Assembly (NCBI GenBank): GCA_019057865.1
Contig: JAHLWP010000001.1
Location: 96,001 to 160,000 of the forward strand
DNA from: Promethearchaeota archaeon
Lineage (GTDB): Archaea; Asgardarchaeota; Lokiarchaeia; Sigyniarchaeales; SOKP01
Direction of reading: 5' to 3'
Length of the DNA stretch: 64,000 nt
The notes under the pieces were generated by a model. The model did no database searches and was not told the origin of the DNA. It worked only from the letters and a program-made list of their open reading frames with translations. Every line of letters starts with the position of its first letter. The first letter of the stretch is position 1. This document shows, one piece after another, positions 31,181 through 42,256 of the stretch. The position numbers were made by a program, and so were the translations under genes.

Positions 31181-31339
31181 ATGATTTTAGAGGAAGTTCC
31201 TTCACACCCATTCAGAGATGATATTTATATAAACTCAGTTATTACTCCTTATGATGAGGTTAAAAATAGCGATAAAATGATGGTTAAAAGGATCTTATTG
31301 AAAGAAATCGCTACAAAGGAGTTAAAAGTAATTGCATAA
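31181..31339 (+). CDS. Possible small ORF (52 aa) or remnant of a degraded gene
   Basis: MILEEVPSHPFRDDIYINSVITPYDEVKNSDKMMVKRILLKEIATKELKVIA fills an otherwise empty gap; below the ORF-track cutoff. Confidence 0.3.
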   Translation: MILEEVPSHPFRDDIYINSVITPYDEVKNSDKMMVKRILLKEIATKELKVIA

Positions 31340-31389
31340 TAATTAACTCCTTCTAAATTTTAAACCTATAAAAATAAAAAAAAAGAAAA

Positions 31390-32418
31390 TTATTTCTTAT
31401 TAATTCTTATAAAGATTAGAGGAAGTATATAAGTTAACACAAAAGCTATGAAAGCATAACGACCGAATCTATAAAAAACACTATTAATTTCTAGTAGATA
31501 CTCAAGTGGTATGAATATAGCCATTAGAATTACTAATCCAATAACTACATTAAGCAGTTTTTGTTTATTCCTCAACTCTTTTGGTTCATATTTAATGTAT
31601 TCATTTTCTAACAGATAGCCAACACCTAATCCTAATATTACTCCTCCTACTTGAGCAAATGCTCCAGCATCTGGGAAATGATCAACTTGATCTTTAGGTA
31701 CTAAACCTAATCCAGCTCTCGGAAATAATAAGGTTGGAATCACAAATAGTAAAATCGAAATAGTTATTGTTAATATTAGTTTTATTTGAAAACTAAGCTT
31801 ATTAAATTGTATAGTAAAGATTGGTTCTAAGTATATAAATAAGAGTAAGAATCCAATACCTATTAAGAGCCCTCCAATCACATCTTGAAGATCATGTACA
31901 CCATAGAACATTCTTGATATGGCCACAAGAAATATAATTACTGAGAGAATAACTGGTACGACAGGGATACCTAAAGGTTTAGGTTTATCTTTAAATTCAT
32001 TAGCCATATATCCCCAATAACATGTTGCATTTTGTGCATGACCTGATGGGAATCCATATGATGGTTCAATAAAGCCATAGTCTTCAGCAGGATCAATATT
32101 TGTATCTGGTCTTGTGTCTTTGGGTATTTCTTTTACCAAATGGTTAAAATAATATGAGAATAATATAGGTAAGATAGTCCTTTTAGCTAATTTCTTATCA
32201 TAACCTATAAATATGATTGCAGTTAAAATTACAAAAGTAATGGCCTCACCAAGATAGGTAATAGCTCCGAATATTGTCTGGATAGTAGAACTTTCACTAT
32301 AAAATTCTTCATTAAATCCTAAAGCATAAAGTACTAATCCTACAAGGAGAATAATTAGAGCTATAGCTCCAATGATGATTAATCCATTTCTAGATAAATA
32401 TTTTTCTTTTTCAGACAT
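31390..32418 (-). CDS. PAP2 family membrane phosphatase
   Basis: KxxxxxxRP, FPSGHAQ, SRMFYGVHDLQDV. Confidence 0.9.
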   Translation of the reverse strand: MSEKEKYLSRNGLIIIGAIALIILLVGLVLYALGFNEEFYSESSTIQTIFGAITYLGEAITFVILTAIIFIGYDKKLAKRTILPILFSYYFNHLVKEIPKDTRPDTNIDPAEDYGFIEPSYGFPSGHAQNATCYWGYMANEFKDKPKPLGIPVVPVILSVIIFLVAISRMFYGVHDLQDVIGGLLIGIGFLLLFIYLEPIFTIQFNKLSFQIKLILTITISILLFVIPTLLFPRAGLGLVPKDQVDHFPDAGAFAQVGGVILGLGVGYLLENEYIKYEPKELRNKQKLLNVVIGLVILMAIFIPLEYLLEINSVFYRFGRYAFIAFVLTYILPLIFIRINKK

Positions 32419-32570
32419 CTTAAAGATCCAAATTTTAATTAAATTAGATTATATTTGATAAAGATGATAATATAGTTAATAAAGATTAATATCTAATTTT
32501 TTCAAGTTCAATTGAACTTTATTAAAATTAAGTTCTTTCCTTAGTGTATTTTCTATTAATTATTAACTAA

Positions 32571-33206
32571 TTAATCAATCTTAATTTTTTTATGTTTTTC
32601 ATCAACTTTTTTGAGTTCAATTTCGAGGATACCATTGCTATACCTTGCTTTGGCATAATCTGAATTAATTGTTGATGGTAATTCAACTTCTTTATAATAA
32701 TGTCTATTAGCATTTTCTTTAGTAGAAATTGTTATACTATGAATTGTTGCTTTAAGTTCAATATCTTCTCGATCAACTCCTGGCATTTCAGCTATTACGA
32801 TAATAATGTCTTCTTCTTCATTGACTTCTACTAAAGGCTCTCTTTTTGATTTTACAACTGGTTTCCCAGAAGATGAGGTTGGTTCAAGATTTCCAAAAGA
32901 ATCAATCGTTGGTTTGCCATCAGGACCGATATTTATGTTAAAACCGTACATTATTGGAAAACCAAATTTTGATTTATTTTTCATAAATTCTTTTACAATA
33001 TCTTCTGGAGATAGATTCTGAAACTCTGGTGGGAAGCTTTTTGAAATTTTATTATAAATATCTCGAATTATATTTTTGAAATCCTTATGCTTAAACAATT
33101 TATTTGGGTCAATCATGAATCTACTTGGATCTTCAAAAAATTTGAAAAAATCAAAGGGTTCTTCTTCTTCTTCATTTTCGTCATCATCTTCATTTTTTTT
33201 AGGCAC
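32571..33206 (-). CDS. hsp20: Archaeal small heat-shock protein Hsp20
   Basis: YGFNINIGPDGKP.I..FGN, REPLVEV, AEMPGV, ARYSNGILEI; SD GGAGATGA. Confidence 0.92.
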   Translation of the reverse strand: MPKKNEDDDENEEEEEPFDFFKFFEDPSRFMIDPNKLFKHKDFKNIIRDIYNKISKSFPPEFQNLSPEDIVKEFMKNKSKFGFPIMYGFNINIGPDGKPTIDSFGNLEPTSSSGKPVVKSKREPLVEVNEEEDIIIVIAEMPGVDREDIELKATIHSITISTKENANRHYYKEVELPSTINSDYAKARYSNGILEIELKKVDEKHKKIKID

Positions 33207-33400
33207 TCTTTATCATCTCCTTAGTATTTTTGATTATCTTATTATCAAATAAATTTAATAGGTAAAATTATTAATTAAATATTATAATAGCTAGAAACTA
33301 AATAGATTATATGCTATTAAAAATTGTTTATGTTAATAAATTTAATTTATATCAAATAAAAATTAGATAATATCATAAAATCAAGAGGAAATCGAAACCT

Positions 33401-35233
33401 ATGTATAGTGAGCTGTCAGATGACGATAAAAATATGTATCTCGACGTCCTCCGAGAAGCACCAATCCTTCCCTTCTCAAATTTCGTCAGTAGGGGCAATA
33501 TCCCAGACCGTATTGATATAGCTAGACCTAGGAGCTATATAGACAGAGAAGTATATAGATTAGTGCGCCAGACTTACCGAGATCGAAGTAGCAGGTTAAT
33601 CCCTATCCTAGGATCAGCTGGAACTGGAAAGACCCACGCATATCATTCTTTCAAGGACAAGGAAAGAGAAAACAAAAAAAAAATGGAAAGTGCTATAGAA
33701 TCACAAGAGATAGAAGTAGGTCAATTAGAACCTGTAAATTGGACTATTGTTTATGTTCCAAGTCCTCCAGCAAGTATACGTGTCCTCCTTCATGTTTATA
33801 CTTGTATAATTGAAGAATGCGGACCTGAACTCTTAGACATTGTTTCTGAAAAATTAATTGAAAAATGGGGGGGTAAAAAAGCTGGATTGTTCCAAAAACC
33901 TAAAATTGATGAAGTAATACAAAAAGGAATTAGAGAATTTCCAGGTGTTTTTGCTGATTGTGTAAAAACATTAGTTACATATCAACTCGATAAGAACAAA
34001 AAAGCATTAGCAGAGAGATGGCTTCTTGGAGAAGATTTGCAAGATGAGGATTTAAGCGAACTTGGTATTAATTCTGTACTAGAGGAGGATGACACCTGTT
34101 TATCGATGATTAAAATTATCACGGAGAATTTAGATAGGGTTCTTATTCTCTATTTTGATGAAATTGAATCCCCATATAGAATGCTCGGAGAAGTAGCAGA
34201 GCGCAAATTCCTAGAAATATTAAAGAGATTATATAATGAAGTTAAAGGTCTTGTAATTACAATTGCAGTATTAAAAGAGATTTGGCCAAGAATTATTGAA
34301 ATTGCTGATGCTCCACTAAGATCACGAATGGAACCTGAACAAGATTTAAAACCATTTAGTTTAAACGATTTAAAAATATTTTTCTCAAAATCCATGGAAG
34401 CATTTTGGGAGGAAAATAACTTGAATCCTCCTTTATATCCATTATTTCCATTAAACGAGAAATTATTAGAAATGATATATGACAAAACGCAAGGTAATCC
34501 AAGAAATTCTATAAAACTATGTAGAAGATTTATAGATAAAGTGGTTATGGATGAAATGACTGTAGATGAACTTCTGAAGGTCGGTGCGGAAATTGTTGCA
34601 ACAGCTAGACCTCCAACTGAAGTTGAAGAAGAAGCAATAGACTTTTCAAAACCGAGAGAAATTATTAAAAAAACAATTGAAGACATTTTAGCTGAGGAGG
34701 AATATTCCATAGATGTAAATCCTCAATCTATTGCTGGTGCTACTTTAAAATGCATAAATATGATAGGAGAAGAAAAAGGAAAGAAATTCAAGACGCAAAT
34801 GGAATTTAAATTCAAGCTTGGAAAAAGAGCACAAACTTTAGCAGCTTTAATTCAAGCTGAAGGTAGAAAATGGGGTATAGAGATACCATCTATTAAAACC
34901 TTCGATCGAAGTGCGGGAGTAGCGGGATATTATGCAGCAAAACGATTAAAAGATGCAATTGATCAAAAAGCAATTGATGAAGCTTTATTAATTGTACCAA
35001 CTGGCAGTAGTGGAGTAAAATTTGAAAGTATTTTACAAAACAACCCCGCTATTCATAAAATTGAGTTAAACAATGAACTTGGGGAGAGGTTAATAGAAAA
35101 TGCATTGAAGTTCCCTACAGAAGAAGGTTGGAATATCGTAAAAATAATTTTTCCAGATATTGGTGAATATTCACCTCCCGCAGTTGAAGAATCATCCACA
35201 GAGGAGAATTCTTCTGACTCGGGAAATGACTAA
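33401..35233 (+). CDS. AAA+ P-loop ATPase with C-terminal alpha/beta domain
   Basis: Walker A GSAGTGKT, Walker B LILYFDEIE, Arg finger LRSRM, sensor II GNPR. Confidence 0.8.
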   Translation: MYSELSDDDKNMYLDVLREAPILPFSNFVSRGNIPDRIDIARPRSYIDREVYRLVRQTYRDRSSRLIPILGSAGTGKTHAYHSFKDKERENKKKMESAIESQEIEVGQLEPVNWTIVYVPSPPASIRVLLHVYTCIIEECGPELLDIVSEKLIEKWGGKKAGLFQKPKIDEVIQKGIREFPGVFADCVKTLVTYQLDKNKKALAERWLLGEDLQDEDLSELGINSVLEEDDTCLSMIKIITENLDRVLILYFDEIESPYRMLGEVAERKFLEILKRLYNEVKGLVITIAVLKEIWPRIIEIADAPLRSRMEPEQDLKPFSLNDLKIFFSKSMEAFWEENNLNPPLYPLFPLNEKLLEMIYDKTQGNPRNSIKLCRRFIDKVVMDEMTVDELLKVGAEIVATARPPTEVEEEAIDFSKPREIIKKTIEDILAEEEYSIDVNPQSIAGATLKCINMIGEEKGKKFKTQMEFKFKLGKRAQTLAALIQAEGRKWGIEIPSIKTFDRSAGVAGYYAAKRLKDAIDQKAIDEALLIVPTGSSGVKFESILQNNPAIHKIELNNELGERLIENALKFPTEEGWNIVKIIFPDIGEYSPPAVEESSTEENSSDSGND

Positions 35234-36153
35234 ACTTTATTAAAGAGTTCTTTTATTTTTTTATCTAATCTATATAATTCTTTTGCTAATTGAGTTGCAT
35301 TATGAGTACTTTTTTTTAATTCTGTTAAAGTTTTGATTAATTCATCTTCTTCAAAAGTATTAGAAAGATATAGTAATCTATCAATTGGTTCTGCTAAATC
35401 ACCATAAAGGTACAATCGATTACTTTCTAAATCGTTAAATACTTGTTCTAAAACTTTATAGAGATCCTCACGTTCTTTTATTAAATCAGGAAAATTGCCA
35501 ACTTGTTCTGCTTTATTTTTTAAAAATGAAACGATTTCCTCTTCTTGAATCTTTGCGGCAAGTTCAGCTGCTTTAAGGAAACTCCTTTTAGCCTTCTTAT
35601 AAAACTTTTCTGTTAGGAATCGTTCTCCAAGTCTTACTTCAGCAGATAATCTTTCAGGAATTTCTTCCCCCAAATCGATTAATTCTCTAGCTTCTTGAAG
35701 TTTTTCCTCATCTAATAATTGTTTAGTTTTCTCATTAATAGTTTCTTTCACGATTGTTGGTTCTTTTAATTTCTCCATTAGACTCAAAGCAGAATTTAAT
35801 GTTTTTTTAAGTACCTCGCTCATATTTTTTTTATCACTAGTGTAATTTTGAATAACTGATTCTTCGATTTTTTGAAATAAACTTTTTAATGAAATTAGGT
35901 CTTCTCCTTCTCTTAAAATAAAGCCTAAATAAATGTTGTCCTTTTGTAGAGATTCTGCATTTACCTTGCGGAAATAATAACGAATGTTTTCTTTTCTAGC
36001 AGTAGCATCCAAAAACTCTTTAACTTTATGCTTTTCAGAGAATTCCTTTAAAATATTGGGAGGGACTTTATCGTCTATGTCTAAGTAGTATTCAGCTAAT
36101 ATATTAGGACCAAAAGATGGGTCAATTTCATATAAAAAAATTGCACTTGGCAT
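35230..36153 (-). CDS. uDENN/longin-like N-terminal domain plus TPR-like helical region
   Basis: AIFLYEIDPSFGPNILAEYY resembles the hhhhxFDxxxGPxhxxxY start of uDENN/longin domains; YKKAKRSFLKAAELA is TPR-like. Confidence 0.55.
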   Translation of the reverse strand: MPSAIFLYEIDPSFGPNILAEYYLDIDDKVPPNILKEFSEKHKVKEFLDATARKENIRYYFRKVNAESLQKDNIYLGFILREGEDLISLKSLFQKIEESVIQNYTSDKKNMSEVLKKTLNSALSLMEKLKEPTIVKETINEKTKQLLDEEKLQEARELIDLGEEIPERLSAEVRLGERFLTEKFYKKAKRSFLKAAELAAKIQEEEIVSFLKNKAEQVGNFPDLIKEREDLYKVLEQVFNDLESNRLYLYGDLAEPIDRLLYLSNTFEEDELIKTLTELKKSTHNATQLAKELYRLDKKIKELFNKV

Positions 36154-36284
36154 TTTTCTTATTCTTCCTTCATTTTGTTTTCGTAATTAATTTAATATTA
36201 TAGAGTTAATATGCTTTTGATTTTAAATTTTTATTTGATCTAAATAATTTAGGTAATATCTAAAATAAACATAGGTGGTAAATA

Positions 36285-37202
36285 ATGGCAACTGTTGAAG
36301 ATATTTATTGTGAAGCTTTTGAAGGCTTAGTAGTACAATTACAAATCACAGCTCAAGATCGAGAATTTTTAAACAGAGCAGCAAATGCATTTACTGCTCT
36401 TCCTTCCACGGTTTTTGGAGATGCTGAAGGTGGAATAGTTAGATGGCTTACAGAAAAAGAAACTATTGATGGTAGACCAGGAGCAATTGTACAATTATGG
36501 GTTACTGGTACTGGCAAAAGATCTCATGCAAAATTTTATGATCAATTAGGAAGAAGGATAAGGCAAGGTATTCTTGTTGTTCCTACCACCGCAGTTTTCG
36601 ATTACTTTCCTAAGGATGTTGATACTAAATTCAATATGATGAGTAATGTAGGACACTGTGGTGATGGATATGAATGGATTGTAGAAGAGTATAATCGTAA
36701 ACTAATTAATGTCCCTATTATGATGGGATATGACTTTCTAATTGAAGAGGAACTTTCATATGCGAAGGGTGTTATGGGAGGCAATTTGTGGCTCTTCTGT
36801 GATTCTGTAGATTCTAGTGTAAAAGTAGGACGAGAAGCAGTAAAAATTATTACAGAAATTGACGATGTTTGCACTACATTTGATATATGTTCTGCTGGTT
36901 CTAAACCTGAAACAAATTTCCCCGAAATTGGACCATCAACAAATCATCCTTATTGTCCAACTTTAAGAAATAAATTACGATCAGAAGAATTTAAAGTTCC
37001 TAAGGGAGTAGAATCAATTCCAGAAATAGTCTTCAATGCTCTTAATATTGATATTGTGAAGGAAACAATGTTAAAAGTAATTCAAGGGATAATAGATATG
37101 GATGGTTTAATAAAAATCTCATCTGGAAATTATGGAGGTAAGTTAGGTAAATATAAAATCCATTTACGAGAATTAGAATTAAATAATAAATATTTCTATT
37201 AA
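36285..37202 (+). CDS. ftr: Formylmethanofuran:tetrahydromethanopterin formyltransferase
   Basis: VEDIYCEAF, DGRPG, VPTTAVFD, CGDG, GVMGGN, SAGSK, STNHPYCPTL, GNYGGKLG. Confidence 0.92.
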   Translation: MATVEDIYCEAFEGLVVQLQITAQDREFLNRAANAFTALPSTVFGDAEGGIVRWLTEKETIDGRPGAIVQLWVTGTGKRSHAKFYDQLGRRIRQGILVVPTTAVFDYFPKDVDTKFNMMSNVGHCGDGYEWIVEEYNRKLINVPIMMGYDFLIEEELSYAKGVMGGNLWLFCDSVDSSVKVGREAVKIITEIDDVCTTFDICSAGSKPETNFPEIGPSTNHPYCPTLRNKLRSEEFKVPKGVESIPEIVFNALNIDIVKETMLKVIQGIIDMDGLIKISSGNYGGKLGKYKIHLRELELNNKYFY

Positions 37203-37210
37203 AGAGATCT

Positions 37211-37879
37211 TTATATTAAATCTTTATAATTTTCTACTTTTTGAAAGCCTGCGAGATGTTTCCTATACATTTCATATTTTTCTTCGAATACTTTATCAAT
37301 ATCATTAAGTGGTAGATCAGCATGAGTCCCTCTATCTCCGACATATTCTCCAAATTTGTTTCCATTGGCATCATAGGGAGGAAAAACAGCATCATTCTCA
37401 CCATCAAATTCAACCATTGGAAGAAATCCTCCTCTTATAGCAGTTTGTTGATCAAATGAAGGTGTTAATTTTACCCACTTATTGTCTAAATAAAATTCAC
37501 TATATCCATGGTAGTACATGACGTTGTGGCCCATATAATCAATAACTTTTTGGGAAACAAGGTGATTGATAAGGTCACATAAATGAATCCGTGCAGGTAT
37601 CCCGACTGCTCTAGCCAATGTTGATAATAATATAGATTTTGAAACACAAAAACCTTCTCGTCGGTGTATTGTCTTGCTAGCCATAAAATAATTTTTCACT
37701 TTCGGGACAAACAATGCCATGTTATATTTTATTTCATCTCTTACCCAATAGAATAAAGCAATGGCTTTTTCCTTTTGACTCTCTAAACCATTAGTAATTT
37801 CAATTGCTTTATTCATGACAGATTTTTTATTAAAATCAAAAAATTCACTAGGCAGTAGATAAATACTTAAATCCTCCAT
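37211..37879 (-). CDS. Transglutaminase-like cysteine protease family protein (copy B)
   Basis: LFYWVRDEIKY, GFCVSKS, ARAVGIPAR, HGYSEFY. Confidence 0.88.
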   Translation of the reverse strand: MEDLSIYLLPSEFFDFNKKSVMNKAIEITNGLESQKEKAIALFYWVRDEIKYNMALFVPKVKNYFMASKTIHRREGFCVSKSILLSTLARAVGIPARIHLCDLINHLVSQKVIDYMGHNVMYYHGYSEFYLDNKWVKLTPSFDQQTAIRGGFLPMVEFDGENDAVFPPYDANGNKFGEYVGDRGTHADLPLNDIDKVFEEKYEMYRKHLAGFQKVENYKDLI

Positions 37880-37937
37880 ATATAGTAAAAAAAAGGGTGG
37901 TTCTTAAAGATTTTTTTAATTAAAAATAATGTATTTT

Positions 37938-38588
37938 TTACTTTCTATTAAGAGTTTTAATCCCTTTTTCAAATACATATTTGTAATATTTCTTTCTTAT
38001 AACTCGATCCATCTCATCATAAGGAAGTTCAGCATATACTCCTCTATCTTTGATGTATTCAATGAAGAGTTTCCCTTCAGGAGTGTATTTAGAGAGAATT
38101 CCATCATGCACCCCATCAAATTCTACAAGTGGTAAGAAACCTGCTCTTTGGGCGGTATTTTTATCAAATACAGGGGTTGCTTTTACCCATTTATTATTAA
38201 TATATATCTCACTATATCCATGATATAAAAGAATGTTCGTTCCTAAAAGATCGATTGTTTGTTGAGGTACTTTATTATTCCTAATATCTGCTAAATGAAC
38301 TTTTGCGGGAATTCCAACTGCTCTTGCAAATGAAGATAATAAAACTGCTTTTGAAACACAGAATCCATAACCTCTGCGTAAAGTTACACTTGCTTTGAAA
38401 TTTGATTTAATCATATAAAATGCACTCATCATATACCTAATTTCGTCTCTTACCCAGTAAAATAACGCTATAGCCTTTTCTTTATCGGTTTTTAAACCTT
38501 CAATAATCTCAAAGGCTTTATCACTTACTCTCTTTTTATCAAAATCGAGAAATTCAGTAGGTTGTAAATAGTTAGTTAGATCTTCCAT
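37938..38588 (-). CDS. Transglutaminase-like cysteine protease family protein (copy A, tandem paralog)
   Basis: Same motifs as its neighbour: GFCVSKA, ARAVGIPA, HGYSEIY. Confidence 0.88.
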   Translation of the reverse strand: MEDLTNYLQPTEFLDFDKKRVSDKAFEIIEGLKTDKEKAIALFYWVRDEIRYMMSAFYMIKSNFKASVTLRRGYGFCVSKAVLLSSFARAVGIPAKVHLADIRNNKVPQQTIDLLGTNILLYHGYSEIYINNKWVKATPVFDKNTAQRAGFLPLVEFDGVHDGILSKYTPEGKLFIEYIKDRGVYAELPYDEMDRVIRKKYYKYVFEKGIKTLNRK

Positions 38589-38640
38589 GATTATTAAAAA
38601 TTAAGATCATTTTAGAAAGTTTTTAAATATAAGTAAAAAC

Positions 38641-39789
38641 CTATTTCCTCCCGTTACCCCAAAAATTATATTTACCACGGCTTAAGATATGTTTCGGATC
38701 AATTGTATCTTTAATCTTTTTCATTAGTTCATAATAACCTTTCTGATAGCCTTGAATATTTACCATATGTCTACTCAGAATATCGCCAAACATATAGAAC
38801 ATTGCTCCATGCTTAATTAGTCTTTCTAAAAGGGATTTCCAAAGCTTAAGATTAATTTCTTTAATATTTTCATGCTTTTCACCATTATAATAGCTTGGAA
38901 AACTAGTAAATCCACAAGTTAACTCAATATTGCTACCTTCAGTTAATATAATTGGACCTGTGCCTGTAATTGGTCGCATTCCAGTTATCTCTAAAATTTT
39001 TTGCATGTCTTCAGAGTGTTCAATATCCCATTGATCTAAATCTTTCATGATCTTAGGATATGCATTAATAGGTACATGACATTCTGCATCTACAGGATCA
39101 AATCCAGGTATTAATCCCCATAAGTTGTGCGCTATTAACCAGTGTCCCTGTTCTTCATAATGCCATTTAGCTATATTTCCATCCGAGATTTCTGGGCCAA
39201 ATTCTTCTGCTTTTTTACCTAATATTATTTTATCTAGTTGTGTAACTTTTGCTTTTAGTTCTGTTTCCGAGTTTGCTTCAACTGTATAAAAAATTACAAC
39301 CCTTTTTCTTTTTAAATGTTCCCACATAGGAAACATTCCATATTGAATCCCAATAGATACAATTAAATCCATGAAATACATAGTATCATAAACATCAATT
39401 CCATTTTGCCTAATTTCAGTCATAATTTGAGCTGCTGTTTCAGCAGGTTTACAAGGCATTAAGAATGTTTTGTACTCTGCAAATTCTGGTTTAGGAAATA
39501 CTTGTAGAGAAACTTTTGTTTTTACGCCAAAGATTCCATTATCCCCACAAAAAAAACCTGCTAAATCAGGACCATTTCCAAATCTATTGAATGGTAATTT
39601 TGAATATTTATTAGCCTGAGAACCAGTTTCAATTATTTCTCCTGTTGGTAAAACTACTTCTAAAGAAACTAATTGGTTAGTACAAGGTCCATACTTGGCG
39701 CATCCACCACCTCCTACAGAATGATGAGAGAGTCCTCCTCCTACTGATGAAGTTAATCCAGATCCTGGACCCATGCATCCTATATAGAG
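38641..39789 (-). pseudogene. FAD-binding (GlcD/Dld-like) oxidoreductase copy 3, 5'-truncated
   Basis: Homology to copies 1 and 2 starts abruptly at LYIGCMGPGSG (39789); the roughly 125 N-terminal residues containing PRGGG are absent. Confidence 0.8.
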
Positions 39790-40034
39790 TAATGTAATAA
39801 TGGTTTTATATCTTCAATAATATGATGTGGTAGTACCTCTGGTTTGTGTTCTGCGATCACACTAATAATATAAGAGCTGGGAATGATGAATTCTTGATCA
39901 CTAAGTAATATCATTAAATTATCTAATAGCCTAGATGCATTTAGAAAACGATCTTTAGAAGAAAGTAACTTATTACATTTTGAAACAAGCGGCAACAAGG
40001 AAGGGTAATTTTTGAAATGATCAGTATTTAACAT
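39780..40034 (-). pseudogene. N-terminal fragment of a helical-repeat (HEAT/ARM-like) protein, cut at the junction with FAD copy 3
   Basis: Amphipathic helices SYIISVIAEHKPEVL; its stop lies inside sequence homologous to FAD copy 3. Confidence 0.45.
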
Positions 40035-40407
40035 CTTAATTACAATGAATGTGAATTCATTATAAAAAGCGCTATAAATAATATAAGTGCTAAACCATTC
40101 TCGATTTTTTGTGGCAGTGAATTAGAAATTCATTTCTTTCAGGCTGAGTATCTGAGAGACGTTTGGTTTTAAGCGCGTCTTGTAATTTTGCTTGACATGA
40201 TAATTCTTTAACTGCATTTTCTTTACTAGTAGCGTTACCTACAAATCGTAATATTTAAAAGATATGAGGGCGAACATTTATATTATAAAGCAACAATTAT
40301 ATCAGTATACCTTAATTTTTTTAAGTAGCGTATAACAATTAATTCTATATAAATTATTATTCTAACTGTATCTAATGGAATCATAGATCACTCACATAAG
40401 GTGACAT

Positions 40408-42093
40408 ATGAATAAAAGAAATGTTGTAGTATGGATTCTTGTAGCGGCATTGGTTATATCTGGAATCAGTAATATTATTCTAGTTATAAACTATCCTCAA
40501 CCTTCCACTTCACGGGATCCTGACACACTTGTAGTGGGAATTGCATATAATCCATACACACTAGAAATTGTAAATACAAGATTCGGTCGGGATCACGTAT
40601 CAAATAATATACTTGGACAAATAGTGGAAACTCTATTTACAAATGATTTAACGGATCCGAAATTACCACGAATTAATCTATTAGCTGAATCTCATTGTTG
40701 GGAAAACACCACCACGCTTCACATCAAGCTACGTGAGGGTATTTTGTTCCAAGATGGGACTCCTTTCAATGCTACTGCGGTAAAATGGAATTTCGACCGG
40801 CTTCAATATCTTATCAATGCCACAGGAACAAATGCTGGAGAAGTTGCAGATACTCGTTCTTTATGGATGCGCCCCAATGAGAAAACTCCTATAATAAACA
40901 ACACGGCTATTACAGGTAACTATAATATCACACTCACCCTAAATGGCGCCTATGGTCCTTTTCTAAGTATGTTAACGAATATTAACACTGGAATGATTTC
41001 CCCAACCACACATATGAATGATACTTCCAGATTTATCAGTTTAAATACAGAAAATCTGGTGGGGACGGGTCCGTTTATCTATGGACATTACATTCCAAAT
41101 GTGGAAGTCGTCTTATCGAGATGGGAAGGGTATTGGAGTCATATAGCATACTTTAACAGACTACAATTCGCTATTTTTAGACCTGTTTCGGTGCTAAGAG
41201 ATGCAATGCTTCATCATCAAATCGACTACCTTATGCATTTTGAAGATGAATTCATCCCTGCTTTTGAAGCGGATGAGAGTATAATTCTAAAGAGATTTAC
41301 TGATGATACAGGCTTGCCCGGCTTAAATTACGGTTTATTGGAGTTTAATACCATTCATCTCAACGAAACATGGAGAAAAGCATTGAGCTATGCGATTAAT
41401 TATAGTTATATATTTAATGAAATGAAAGAGGGATGGGATCGAGGCACATCTCCAATTTCTCCATCGTTTGGAGCTTTATACAACACTTCCGTGAAAACTC
41501 CAGAATACAATATTACAAAAGCACGGGAAGTCATGGTATCAATGGGGTTTGGTGATATGGGATGGTCTGATGAACAATGGATCACTTCTATATTTGCTGA
41601 ACTTGGATACTATCCTTATTATTATAGCTATTTTGAGCATGAACTCAAAGAAAAGTTATTAGAATGGTATAGATTAATAGGCGTTTCTTTCTGTGGTTGG
41701 TGGGCTGTTTATCCTTTTGAAGCGTTTGAAGCATTAGATTTTTACTGGATGGGAGACGCACCAGATTTTTTTGACCCCTTTTCTATGTTATATCGGTTGA
41801 ATAACTATGAATATCTAATTTTCAGTTTTGATTGTGTGACTTATTATGTTCCTCCATTAAATGATACTTGGATTAATATCAAATTGGAACTCGTCTTAGA
41901 AACCATTGATGATGAAGCAAGAGATGAGATATATAAGGATGTTCAATGGTATTTTGCTGAGAAGCTATATCCTCATGCATTTGCATGGCATCCAAAAATA
42001 TTCTTTGTGCATTCTGCCGACCTTAGAGGTGTTCCATATAATGCAATGGAAAAATTTCAAGGAAATGTTCTATGGAGAGCAGATAATCTATAG
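40408..42093 (+). CDS. Peptide/nickel ABC transporter solute-binding protein (family 5), orphan
   Basis: N-terminal TM anchor; LREGILFQDGTPFNATAVKWNFDR, VGTGPF, WRKALSYAIN; many NxS/T sequons. Confidence 0.9.
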   Translation: MNKRNVVVWILVAALVISGISNIILVINYPQPSTSRDPDTLVVGIAYNPYTLEIVNTRFGRDHVSNNILGQIVETLFTNDLTDPKLPRINLLAESHCWENTTTLHIKLREGILFQDGTPFNATAVKWNFDRLQYLINATGTNAGEVADTRSLWMRPNEKTPIINNTAITGNYNITLTLNGAYGPFLSMLTNINTGMISPTTHMNDTSRFISLNTENLVGTGPFIYGHYIPNVEVVLSRWEGYWSHIAYFNRLQFAIFRPVSVLRDAMLHHQIDYLMHFEDEFIPAFEADESIILKRFTDDTGLPGLNYGLLEFNTIHLNETWRKALSYAINYSYIFNEMKEGWDRGTSPISPSFGALYNTSVKTPEYNITKAREVMVSMGFGDMGWSDEQWITSIFAELGYYPYYYSYFEHELKEKLLEWYRLIGVSFCGWWAVYPFEAFEALDFYWMGDAPDFFDPFSMLYRLNNYEYLIFSFDCVTYYVPPLNDTWINIKLELVLETIDDEARDEIYKDVQWYFAEKLYPHAFAWHPKIFFVHSADLRGVPYNAMEKFQGNVLWRADNL

Positions 42094-42256
42094 AAATCTT
42101 TTTCAAATGTTATAAGAACTCTCCTTTTAGTATAGTTTGGTACTTTGGATCTCGTTTATGAAAAGATATTTTCGTTATATAACTTAACTTTTTTTTTATT
42201 CATTTTTCCATATTGATCGATGAGTCATAATAATATATATCATAATATGATTATCA

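Noticed and set aside
40087-40255. Stop-free minus-strand frame of about 54 codons and an AGACG/CGTCT hairpin in the intergenic region
   Set aside because: No canonical start or recognisable motif; the hairpin is too weak to call an ncRNA.
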